The notes below the pieces were generated by a model. That model did not search any database. It had not been told where the DNA came from and saw only the letters and a list, made by a program, of their open reading frames with translations. DNA of 64,000 nucleotides from positions 7,502,001 through 7,566,000 of the forward strand of contig JBHGNT010000012.1 of assembly GCA_043228905.1 (NCBI GenBank), in the 5' to 3' direction. The DNA is from Azolla caroliniana. Lineage: Eukaryota > Plantae > Polypodiophyta. The position numbers and the translations under genes are program-made. Shown here piece after piece: positions 48,390 to 61,035 of the stretch (its first letter is position 1; each line of letters starts with the position of its first letter).

Positions 48390-51300
48390 TGTTGGGTTCT
48401 TGCTTTGAATCCCAAAAAACTTCCTCACTTAAGGGTTATGACAGTATATATAGACAGGGGGAAAAAACCTCCTAAAGAGGGAAAAAATGGCCCCTGTTCT
48501 CCTAAGTGTGTTCACACACATCATTGTCCTAAGTGTGTTCACACATCACTGTCCTAAGTGTGTTCACACACATCACTATCCTAAGTGTGTTCACACAGCA
48601 CTGTCCTAAGTGTGTTCACACATCACTACCGAAATATGTCAACAAAACCCCCTTGGGAGTGATGCGGTGAACAAGGAGCTAGCACTCATGGATAAGCAAG
48701 TGCCAAGCTATGTGGATAGAGACCAATCCACAAATGGAAGTATGCCTAAAGCTTTGCGGAAAGCTTCAAACTTCTCCCTAGGCAGAGCCTTTTTGAAGAG
48801 GTCTGCAATGTTCTCTTGCGTGGGCACTTAAGCCAAACTGATCTCTCCGGCAGAGAACCTTTCCCTAACATAGTGATAATGCACCTCAATGTGCTTAGTG
48901 CGAGCATGGAACACAGGGTTCCTAGCAACTGCCATTGCGCTTTGACTATCAGTGAAGATGGTGGTGGCAGAAGACTGACCAACACCCAAATCAGCTAAAA
49001 GGCGTCTGAGCCACACACACTCAACTGTAGCTGTGAAAGCTGCCCTATACTCAGCCTCACAACTAGAAGTGCCCACAGTAGGCTGCTTCTTGCTCAACCA
49101 AGATATGCATGAGCTACCAAGCATGAAGCAAAAACCACTTGTGGACACACGAGTGTCATAACAACCAGCCCAATCAGAGTCAGAAAAAGCATGCAGGTCT
49201 GGCGGTAGTGTTCCCCCTTGGGATAAAACAAATCAAGTGACCGGGTACCACTCAAGTAGCGAAAGATGCTCTTAACTGCCTGCCAATGCTTAACTCCTGG
49301 GCAATGCATAAACCTGCTCATCTGAGACACAGCAAACTGAATATCAGGTCGGGTTATGCATAAGTAAATCAAACAAACTGAATAAAGATAGTTCCCAAGA
49401 GAATGTGTCTGCATAGGGCCACAAACATCACTATGAACAAGCTGCAATTTCTGTGAAGCTCTAACGGAACCATCGAAAGGATGAACGTTCCATTTTGCCC
49501 AAAATACAGCCTTCACAAACATGCTTTCAACCACGATGAGCTGCAATTGCACAGATGCTACGAACAGTAGTCATACGGCAGGTGGGCGCAAAGGTCTCAT
49601 CAAAATCAATGCCTTTTTCTTGGGCATAACCTTTTGCAACAAGCCTAGCCTTATACCTATCAATTGTTCCATCAGGTTTACACTTTAGCTTATATACTCA
49701 CTTAGTGCCAATAGCCTTCTTGCCAGGAGGCAAGTCACATAAAGACCATGTACCAGTCTTCATAATAGCATCATATTCTCATTCCATAGCAACCATCCAA
49801 TTTTCTGAATTTTGTGCTTCATCAAAAGAAACAGGCTCATTCTCATCGCAAAGACTAGAGGCAGCCATAGCATAACAATCTGATGCAAAAGAAGCACTAT
49901 GATAACCTGAACGAATACAATATGACAAAGGAAAATCCAATTTACTGTCTTGCAAAGTCTGCAACAACCATTTAGGCACAGTCTTTGCCTCCTCTATATC
50001 AGCCCTCTCATTAATAAGTGCATCATGTAAGTCTGCATCAGAAATAGGATGATCTGCATCAGAAATGGAATGATCAGCATCATTATGAGTAGCTTCCAAA
50101 GGCTGAGAAGGTGCCTCAAGTGGGCCAACACTTAACTGTTCACTTGTAAAAAGAGGCAACAAAGTGTCATACACATCTCTAAAGCTAACTGATGTCTCCT
50201 TAGTACATGAAAGAAGTGGCTGAATTGCATCCTCCACAAAAACAACATCACGGCTAACCAAAATGCGTGTAGATTGTGGATGATACAGACAATAACCTTT
50301 ACTTTCAGAACTGTATCCTACAAAAATACATTTCACTGCTTTATCATCCAATTTTTTGCATTGTTGTTTAGGCACTAATGCATATGCCAAACAACCAAAA
50401 ACACGCAGATGAGTAACAGATGGCTTTTGGCCATGCCAAGCTTCATATGGAGTGATAGAGTGCAGTGCTTTAGTGGGACACCTGTTGAGTACATATGCTG
50501 CACACATGACAGCCTCAAGCCAAAAACTATGCGGTAGGGCCTGACTTTTGACCATACACCTCGCCATTTCCATGAGTGACCTGTTCTTTCTTTCAACAAC
50601 TCCATTTTGTTGAGGTGTATACAACATTGTACACTGATGTTTTATCCCATGTTCAACCAGAAATGCATTAAACTCATAAGACATATGCTCCCCCCCCTCG
50701 ATCAGAACGGAGGGTGCCCATTTTACATGCTGACAAATTCTCAGCCAAAGCTAGAAATTGTTTGAAGCACAGAAACACTTCGGACTTTGCCTTCAATGGA
50801 TATACCCATGCATGCCTAGAAAAGTCATCAATGAAAGTCACGAAATAAAGATAGTTCCCAAGAGAATGTGTCTGCATAGGGCCACAGACATCACTATGAA
50901 CAAGCTGCAATTTCTGTGAAGCTCTAACGGAACCATCGAAAGGATGAACGTTCCATTTTGCCCAAAATACAGCCTTCACAAACATGCTTTCGAGGTGCCT
51001 CAAGTTTGGGCAAGGAGGACACCATTTCAGATTTCTGCAAGCAAAGCAAACTTGCAAAATTCAAATGACCAAAGCATGCATGCCAAATCTTTGCATTTGA
51101 AATAGCCTAAGAATCTTGTATTGCACAGGCTGAATCATTTATAGATCGTTCAGAATCTACGAGGTTATACAACCCACGACATAAAATGCCAGAAGCAATA
51201 ATAACATCCCCATTGGACAGATCATGAACTGTACACCTGTCATCAACAAATTTAACAACCAAGCCAACCTTGGCTAATGCTAAAACTGACAACAGATTTT

Positions 51301-53096
51301 TCTTGATCCCTGGCACAAACAAAGCATCTGACAAGATGAAAGGACTACCATCAGCAGTAGTCAAAATGATCTTACCAACACCCATAACTGGATAAGATGA
51401 GTTGTTGGCGCATGTGACAGTATTCCCTGTAGGGGCAAGCTCCAATGAAGTGAAGAAATTGCGCTGCGAGGTAATATGTTTGGTTGCCCCACTGTCGAAG
51501 TACCAAACATTTGATTGTACAACAAACATACATTGTTCAAGTGAAGATGGGTCAAAACTGCAAACAGTAGTAAATGCCAATTCTTCATTCTGCACAAGAT
51601 TTGTAGACTTTGTTTTTGGTGCAGAGACTTCTGCAACAACGAGTCCTGCCTCCTTTTTCTTTGCCTCTTTTGCAGCCAAATTTGGACAGTTCTTCATAAT
51701 ATGATCAATTCCTTTACAATATTTGCAAAACAGTTTTTGTTTCTGCTCTTGTTTTTTTTCATTCACTTGTGAATTATTAGCAAATCTCTGCTTGCTAGCA
51801 TAAGAGTTCCATTTACCTTTGCCCTTCTAACTAGCTAGGAAAGCTTGATCTACAACACGCATAATAGACCTGTTTTGCCTAGACTGATCTTCCTGTAACA
51901 AAATGGAGACTAGCTCCTCAAATGATAAGGCATTGGGATTACCTTTCATCATTGAACGAAGAGTAGAAGCAAAACTCTGATATGAATCAGGAAGACCATT
52001 TAGAAAGGTTTGCACAAGTAAACTATTTGGTATCATTTCATCAGTAGAAATTAATTGTTCCTTGAAATCTTTGATTTTTGTAAGAAAACTGTCCATAGAA
52101 TCACCTTCATTCATGTGCTCACTCTCCAATTGCTTTTGGGAGATAAGCAACACAAGCCTCATTTCTTGCTTGGTACAAAGTGGTAAGAGTATCCCAAGCA
52201 TCCTTTGCTGTCTTGCAAGAGCGAATATGGGGAATAATGGCACGTTTCACAGACAAAGCTATCAAAGCATGTGCCTGAGCATCTCTACCATCCCAACAAC
52301 GTTGCTCTGCAGTTGGTACAACAGAAACTATAGCATGGACATTGAGTAGGATGATCAACATCCTCGACAGAATCAATACCATCAGCATTTGTGTTCTCAA
52401 CGACATGAAGTTTTTCAGCTCCTTGAACCACATTCCACAACCCCTTTGCTACTAATACATGCGCATCATATAAGCCCAAAGAGGGTAATTTGTTCTATCC
52501 AGTTTATCCTCAACAGCAAGTATCCGAAATACATCATTGCTCTCAGCCATGGCCGTGGACTGAACACATTTTGATGTAAAAAATGGACTGCTGAAGGGAA
52601 TAACATACCTCTTTGACTTGAAAGATGAACAAGTGAAGAGAAAAGGGAAGCAAATCTGATTTTTGAAGGTTATAGGAATGTCTTGGAAGACTCAACGAGG
52701 CTTTTTCTAGGATTGAATAGACTTGGAAGCAGAAAAAAAAAACACAACTGAAACTGCGCAGAGGAAGAAAACACGCAGAAATTGGTTTTTTCAACAGCAG
52801 AAAAATGCCACCACAGATGGCACAGATGGACTGCGTATGAGAGCCGTTGCTTTGCTGCTCAAATGTCGCTTTTTTGGCTCTGATACCACTGTTGGGTTCT
52901 TGCTTTGAATCCCAAAAAACTTCCTCACTTGAGAGTTATGAGAGTATATATAGACAGGGGGGAAAAAACCACCTAAAGAGGGAAAAAATGCCCCTGTTGT
53001 CCTAAGTGTGATCACACACATCACTGTCCTAAGTGTGTTCACACACATCACTATCCTAAGTGTGTTCACACACATCACTACCGAAATATGTCAACA
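48390..53096 (-). mobile_element. Full-length decayed Ty1/copia element E; LTRs 48390-48644 and 52890-53096
   Basis: TSD TTTCT (48385-48389, 53097-53101); PBS TGGTATCAGAGC at 52877-52888; PPT AAGGGGGTTT; fragmented gag, PR WYFDSGA, INT, RT and RNase H. Confidence 0.93.
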
Positions 53097-53111
53097 TTTC
53101 TACCAGATTTT

Positions 53112-53579
53112 TGTCGGAGGGTGGCAGCTCCAGCCCTGCACTCTCTTCCATCTTTATTATCTTTGTACTATATTCTCTCCCTTCCCAGATTCTTCCCTCT
53201 CTAGAATCTGCAACTCCTTTAATGCTGTCTCTATCTAGAATTTGTAATGCTTTAAATGCCTTTTTTTCTCTTCTACTTTTTCCAAGATATTCCCTTTTAT
53301 TCCTAGTTTTTTGTACCTGTTTGGTAGTACAAGAGCCACTTTACTACCAAACAACCATTTCACCCACTTTCCCCAATTTTGTATAAATAGGCTATACCAG
53401 CCTCTTTTGTAAAGACTTTTTTTACTTTGGTTGCTACTTAAAAACAAGCTTTATTCCTTGGCTGTGTCTTTGCTCTTTGCAACCCTTTTTTCTACTGCTG
53501 TCTAACAGCCTTCTCACAGCTTGGCTGTGCCTATTTTGTTTTAAGTCTTCCGCTGCTGCTATTAACAGCTTTTCTCACA
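53112..53579 (+). mobile_element. solo LTR
   Basis: TGTCGGAG...TTCTCACA with internal TATAAATAGG; TSD ATTTT (53107-53111, 53580-53584). Confidence 0.72.
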
Positions 53580-53761
53580 ATTTTGTTTCCTTTGATTGTG
53601 GGAAAATACCACAAAGTTATAGAAATCTAATAGAAATCCAGTTTAACTATGCATGGTCATCGACCATATGCCAAAAGCATTCAGATAAAACAATGTATAA
53701 AAATATCACAAATTCATATTACATTTTATTCCCTTCAATTATGAGAAAACGCCTTGTAATG

Positions 53762-56700
53762 TGAAGTGTTTACAATCAGAGATAAGCAGCAGATTATTCT
53801 GAGACACAAACACAAATCACGCTACACACTGTTTTACGTGGAAAATCCCAAATCAGGGAAAAAACCACGGGCACTCTAGCCAACAAATTCACCATGAATG
53901 AAGAGTACAAAACAAACAGATTACAGAGCTTTCACCTTTCTGGATGAAAGGCTCTAGTCTCAGAGAGTATCACAGCAGTATGAATCTCACAACAACAATA
54001 TATGAAACGACTAAACCTGTTTTGTTGTATATGCAACAGATTGGTGTCTGAAATCACTTCTAGGGTTTGGGCAAGTTCCACAAAACTGTGCCTACCCTTG
54101 TTGTCTTCACGTCTTCTCTCTGTCTTACTCACACGGGCTAACTCAGAACTTCTCTTCTCTGTTTCAGCCCTTGTCTCTCACGCTATCTCAACCTTTTCCT
54201 TTCTCTGTTTTTACTCACGTTCTCTCTCTCTCTTCACTGTTCTTCTCTGTTCTGCTCACTATATCACTTATGCACAGAGATAATACTTACCTGAAAACCT
54301 AACATATATATATATATATTCAACCATTCAGCCGACTCTCATTAGGCTTCTCGACCAATTTCGGCCAGCCGACTCTCATTCGGCCTCTCGGCCAATTCAC
54401 AGCTTTTCAGCCGTCTTCCCAATCAGGAGGGACAATCTTACATAACAAACTCACCCTTCACTAGTCGACCAGACCAGTCTTTCGCCGATAGACAATGAGT
54501 TTTTCCATAGATAAAGTCTTTGTAAGCATGTCTGATCAATTGTCATCGGTACGGATCTTCGCTAAAACAAACTCATTTTCATCCACTCTCTCTCGTAACC
54601 AGTGATACCTTCTTTGAATGTGCTTTGTACAAGAGTGATTGGCAGCATTCTTGGCAAGGTGGATAGCACTCTGATTATCGCAATGAAGTAGGAATTTTTC
54701 TTGCTTCATTCTTAGTTCACTTAGAAAATCCCTCATCCAAATCGATTCCTTCCCGGCCTCCATTGCAGCCATATACTCAGCCTCTGTGGTCGACAATGCC
54801 ACAACCTTTTCCAATCTTGATTGCCATGACACAACTCCCCTTGACACAACCCCCCCTGCATAGGTCATCACATACCCTGATGTGGATCGGCTGGAATCTA
54901 CATCACCCGACATATTAAAATTTGTGAAACCTTCGAGCATAGGTTTCCCGGATCCATACCTAAGGCATACACTTGAAGTACCTTTTAGGTATCTGAGTAT
55001 CCATTTCATGGCTGCCTAATGCTCCTTTCCAGGATTGCTCATGTATCAACCGATTGTCCCAACAACAAATGCAATGTCCAGCCTAGTGCAAACCATAGCA
55101 TACATTAGGCTCCCAACAACCGAGGCATACGGCACCCTTCTCATCTCAGCCTTATCCTTCTCACCTCTTGGACATTGACTAGAATTTAGCTTAAAGTTCA
55201 CCGGCAATGGAGATCCAACAGATTTTGCATTATACATGTTAAACCTTTGCAAAACTTTTGTCACATATTGCTCCTGTGATAACCATAACATATTTTAGTC
55301 CTATCCTGGACTATATGCATTCCCAAAATCTGTTTTGCCGAACCTACATTCTTCATGGCAAAGGGTTTGCTTAAAGCTTTCTTCAAGCTCGCAATCTTCT
55401 TCGCATTTTGTCCAACAACTAACATATCATCTACATACAGCAAGAGAATCAGAAAATCTCTTTCATCATACCTTTTCACAAATACACAATGATCGGCTTG
55501 TGTTTTGTGGAATCCGCATTCCAGCATGAAGGATTCAAACTTCTTATACCATTGTCGAGGAGTTTGTTTCAACCCATACAAGCTCTTCCTCAATCTACAT
55601 ACAAGATTCTCCTTTCCTTTCACCTCAAAGCCCTCTGGCTACTACATATATAGATTTCCTCTTCCAACTCACCATGCAAAAATGTTGTTTTTACATCCAA
55701 TTGTTCAATCTCCATTCATAATGGCAACCATGCTCAAAACAGTCCGGATGGATGTCATCTTTACTATTGGGGCAAATATCTCATCAAAATCAACACCCTT
55801 TTTATGCTGAAAACCCTTCACCACAATGTGGGCCTTATACCTATGTGTACTTCCATCTTCTCCAGTTTTTAACTTGTAGACCCATTTGTTTCTGAGTGCC
55901 TTCTTTCCCTCATGCAGCTCCATTAGCTCATAAGTGTGGTTCTCATCGAAGGAATTCATCTCATCTTGCATGGCACTATACCACTTCTCACTGTGCACAT
56001 CTGTCATGGCTTCTTCATAACATTCTGGCTCGCCTTCATCAGTCAAGAGGACATATTGACTAGCTGAATACCGAGAGGAGAACTTCCTTTGCCTGAGTGG
56101 GTATCTCCTTTCTTCAGCTACCGGCTCAGATTCAGTTTCTTCTGCCAGCTTATCTTCCGGCTCAGATTCATGTGCATCAGCCTATTGTTATGTATCAGCC
56201 GGCTCAGATTCAGTTTCATCCGCTGGCTGTTGTCTGCTGGGCGGTTGTGTGGAAGAGGGATCGACTAGTGCCGACTCCATAAAAGTAGCCGGTTGAGAAG
56301 ACGACATTGGTTTTTGCTATCTCCAGTCTTCAATCGTCTTGTCTTCCAATGTCCCTGCTCCTCACCACCTTTTTATCAAGGAGATCCCACAACTTGTAGC
56401 CGAACTCATCTTCCGAGTACCCCAACAATATGCATGGCTTGGCATTGCTATCCAGCTTTGATCTCTGATCTTTTGCAACATGCATATAAGGTAGGCATCC
56501 GAACACCCTTAAGTGTTGGTAAGACACATTTCTTCCTGTCCACACCCTTTGTGGGACATCACCCTTTAGAGGCACTGAGGGGGACCTATTTATAAGGTAA
56601 ACAGCTGTCAACATTGCCTCAGCCAAATACGATTTTGACAACTTTGCATGCGACAACATGCTTCTTACCCTTTCCATTATGGTCCAATTCATTCTCTCTG

Positions 56701-58756
56701 CTAGACCATTCGGCTCAAGTGTCTTTGGCATTGTATACTCAAGTTTGATGCCTTGAGTCTTGCAATACATCTTGAATTGGCATCTATACTCACCACCGTT
56801 ATCTGTTCATACAGCTTTCAACTTCTGTCCAAATTCTCTTTCTGCCCTCACATGAAACTCTGTAAAGACAATAGAAACACAATAGAGTCTTCCTCTGGAA
56901 ACAATAGAAACTCTTTCTGTCCAGGTTTCCCACAATAGAAACACGAGATTCTTCCTCTAGACTTTGACCTGGCGTAAGACTTGTCTCTTTTTTTAGGACT
57001 TCTATGTTTACTTCTTCCTCTACCAAGGTTTTGTGCCACATTCGCCTCCGATTGAGACAAGGCACTTTTATCATTTCTTCTTGTCTCTTCGTTACTACTT
57101 GTAAAGATGGGTTCTCTTCTTTACAAGAGGCACTAAGTGACACTACTAGGTTCTCTCAACTGTCCAGTAGAGTACATAGTAGTAACAAGGCATGCTATCA
57201 CGAAAACACCAACCGTAGACTACGACAAACCACAGATAATGAGGCTATGACCGATAAGGTTACGAACATAAAACTCGACGTGATGAGGCTAGAAACTCGG
57301 GAAGTTGGGAGCAACAAGACGAGGAACTTAAGAAGCTAGGAACGACATAAGAGAATGAAGAGACATGAAGAAGGAGACAAGATGGAATGAAATGAGAATA
57401 CTAGATTGATGTGTCAATGACTGGTGTTGAATCCCTTGAAAGGGACCAAGGAGGTTACAAGTATTTATACTTTGAGTCGAAGTACATGCATTAGAATATT
57501 CTGGAGATTATTTGGGAGAATATTCTAGAACCCTCTAGAACCTTCTAGATCTAGAACTTTCTAAAAACTCCTAGGACTTGAAATCAATAATCTACTAATA
57601 ATCTACTAAGATATATATAACATGATCATATATTTGGATGTGTTGGTTAGAACACAACACTTGACTATATACAGGAGGTCAAGAGTTCAAATCTTGACAT
57701 CACTGTTGTCATGTCTGTCTTGTGACACCTGCATAGCATCATCTAGTGGGAACTTCGCTGATGCTAGCTGGTTTACTAGTCCCATGAAAGTACTAATGTG
57801 CACCACAATGCTATCACCATCTCTGTACTTTAGCCTCACTACTTTCCTCATCAGGGAAGTTTTGTTTAGAGCATTTTTCCTTTCATACAGGGCAGAGAGT
57901 TTATGCCACAGGCGTAGGCATTTGTATCGTTTGCAACATGTTGTAGGACGCTCACGTCTATACATTGTCTGATAGTTGCAACAACCTTTCTATTTAGGAT
58001 TTTCCACTCAGACTCTATTACCCCAATTGGTATATCCTTCGTATCTATCGGCTCATACAAGTCTCTAACTATTAGAAGATCCTCCATCTTGATCTTCCAG
58101 TCAGAATAGTTGAGAGAGTTTAGGACTATCATTCTTGGAAAACCACTCACACTTCCTTCCATCTAGGACCTAGTGCTCTGATACCAGTTTGAAGTGTTTA
58201 CAATCAGTGATAAGCAACAGATTATTCTGAGACACAAACACAAATCAAGCTACACACTGTTTTAGGTGGAAAATCCCAAATCAGGAAAAAAACCACGGGC
58301 ACTCTAGCCAACAAATTCACTGTGAATGAAGAGTACAAAACAAACAGATTACAGAGCTTTCAGCTTTCTCGATGAAAGGCTCAAGCCTCAGAGAGTATCC
58401 CAGCAGTATGAATCTCACAACAACAATATATGAAACGACTAAACCTGTTTTGTTGTAGATGCAACAGATTGGTGTCTGAAATCACTTCTCGGGTTTGGGC
58501 AAATTCCACAAAACTGTGCCTACCCTTGCTGTCTTCACGTCTTCTCTCTTATTTGGTCTTATACGCCATTTTGGCCTCTTAAAAGGCGTTAATATATCTT
58601 TCTTTCTTTCTTTCTTTCTGTCTTACTCACACAGGCTAGCTCAGAACTTCTCTTCTCTGTTTCAGCCCTTGTCTCTCATGCTATCTCAGCCTTTTCCTTT
58701 CTCTGTTCTGCTCACTATATCACTTACGCACTGAGATAATACTTACCTGAAAACCT

Positions 58757-58799
<43 letters not shown>

Positions 58800-58962
58800 G
58801 ACCATTCGGCCGACTCTCATTCAGCTTCTCGACCGATTTCGGCCAGCTGACTCCCATTCGGCCTCTCGACCGATTTCGGTCAGCCAACTCTCGTTCGGCC
58901 TCTCGGCCGAATCACAGATTTTCAGCCGTCTTCCCCATCAGGAGGGACAAGCTTACATAACA
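53762..58962 (-). mobile_element. Full-length decayed Ty1/copia (Tnt1/Tork-like) element F; LTRs 53762-54447 and 58190-58962
   Basis: TSD TAATG (53757-53761, 58963-58967); PBS at 58175-58186; gag LNSLNYSDWKIKMEDLL, INT, RT LLYVDDML, RNase H LHCDNQSAIHLAKN. Confidence 0.93.
57196..57727. mobile_element. solo LTR inserted in gag of element F
   Basis: T(A)TCAC...GTGACA with near-TSD CATGC/CCTGC; removing it restores DDAMQALLLLCTL. Confidence 0.72.
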
Positions 58963-59258
58963 TAATGCCTTTCAATTATGAGAAAATGCTGCAAATTGGC
59001 AAAAACGTGACAAAAATTACATATTTTCATCATATTTTCCTTTGGAGGACATATGACTGATGTATAGGAATTTAACATGTTTTATAACCCTTCATAGTGA
59101 GAAAACAATCCAATCCCATTTCAATTTAGCAAAATTAGAACGCCTCTATTACAAACTTGTTTTGATCAGATCAGAATGAAAATGGTATGTGTATATATAC
59201 ATTAATAAATATACCCCAAAAGAAACAAAGACCAAAAAGGGGGTGAAAAGGAAGTCAC

Positions 59259-59462
59259 CTGTAAACCAGACACCATTTGGGTGGAAATAATCGATCCTTG
59301 CTTGTCTTTCTTCTTCATCTTCGTCTGTTGAAGAATTTGATGTTGTTGAAGAAGATGAAGATTCTGAGGATGAAGAAGTTTCCTAGTCTGGTGTTTGGAC
59401 TGTGAGATTTGAAGGAAAGCCTCAAGCACTGGGTCCGCCACAGCCATTGAGGAAGGAGGCAA

Positions 59463-59509
<47 letters not shown>

Positions 59510-59510
59510 A
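59259..59510 (-). other. candidate first (leader) exon with CT-rich 5' UTR, possibly of the PPR gene
   Basis: (CT)n tract, ATG at 59447 and CAG|GTGACT donor at 59259/59258. No in-frame link to the PPR ORF was found. Confidence 0.35.
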
Positions 59511-61035
59511 CATTAACGTCTTCTATTTTGTAAGACCAAATGTGGCCAAAGTATGTATGTACATATCTCCAAGAAAAAATGCCACATGGCCGAAAGGCGC
59601 TACAACGAGGGGGGCCAAACCCCGAGCGATATGATGCCTCGAATAAATAGATCACATGATCACTCGAGACTCAAGCCATCCGTTATATGTCCATTATACA
59701 GATTGTAATTGAGCTCATTCAGATGGCTTACATGGACCGTCTGTTTGTCGACCTGAATGATCTTGATTCCCCAGTTGCTCATCATGTCCTTCGCAACATT
59801 CCAATCTTCTATTGTCGGTCATTGGTGGATATATAAGGACCAATGTGACGCAAACATCTGCTAGCGTTGTTAGGGTTAGTTTGATGTCCTCTTATGCATA
59901 GGCCCAACCCCCTAGATGAGAGATTTGCTTGTCATTGCTACTATCATTGCCATCGTTGATTTCGTCTCTATTGGTATGTTTTACCAATATGCTATCAACA
60001 ACATTCTACACTCTCATAAGTACATTCCTCATTAAGTCTGAATATAGTGATTGATTGTATGGCTTATCCAACACAAAGTTGGTCGAAGGTTTCTCAAGCA
60101 CATTGGAAGTGGCCAGGGCTGAATATCATACCAATAGAACCATATGATGATATTTCTTGGATATTTCCTTCAATTGTACTACAGGTTCTGAATATCCATG
60201 CATAATTTACAATGTGGTATGTCACATGTGCTAAGGAAATCCTAGGATTGAAATTTGGGTCTAGAAATAAAATGCCATATACTCCTCTCTAACATCAATA
60301 ATGAATTTACGATTCCCCTTGTTTAGAAGTTAGAACATTGTCTCTAGTCTCTAAATTTTGACCTTTGGATACTCTGTGTGCACATGCACAAGTTTTCGTG
60401 CAATGAAAATCTAGATGGTGTCATGTTATGTGCTTTCAAATTCCTAACTGTGGAAATTTGGGACTTGCATAACTTATAAAGATTAAATTCCATTTTTGGA
60501 GAAGTTTCTTCCTCACTGTGCAGAGAATTCACTTCCAAGTCGCATATAACCTTAAAAACATTCTTTGATCGGATTACGAATATACCTTGATAGATTGTAT
60601 GAGCTTATAGTTGATATATTTATAAAAAGAAGTTATACTGAGATACTCAAATATGGCCACCAAAAAAACAATTCTGTTTTTATTGATTCTCTGTTAATAT
60701 ATTACCAATTAGATTTACAAACTGTCTGCTACCAAAACTACTGGTAATGGTAGAACTCCAATAGGATTATATGATGACATAACGATTCAAGCCTCTTTCA
60801 AAATAACAAATCCTCACGCAGTAAGCTTGACTTATACATCATCCACGTATTCAGCAATTCTCTTCCAGCCAGGTAATGCATTGTACAAAATGCTGAATCC
60901 TGGTGCAGTATAGCATACCAATCGAAACCAAACAAATCTATACATACTCCCATCCAAATTCTTATATATTGAATATGGAGTGTTTGGGTTTTAAATCCAT
61001 CAAAAATATGGAGTCACTCTACTCTTTCTTCGTCC

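Noticed and set aside
59202-59513. 103-aa ORF as a stand-alone protein
   Set aside because: Its N-terminus is translated (CT)n microsatellite, it runs through a splice donor, and it has no recognisable domain.
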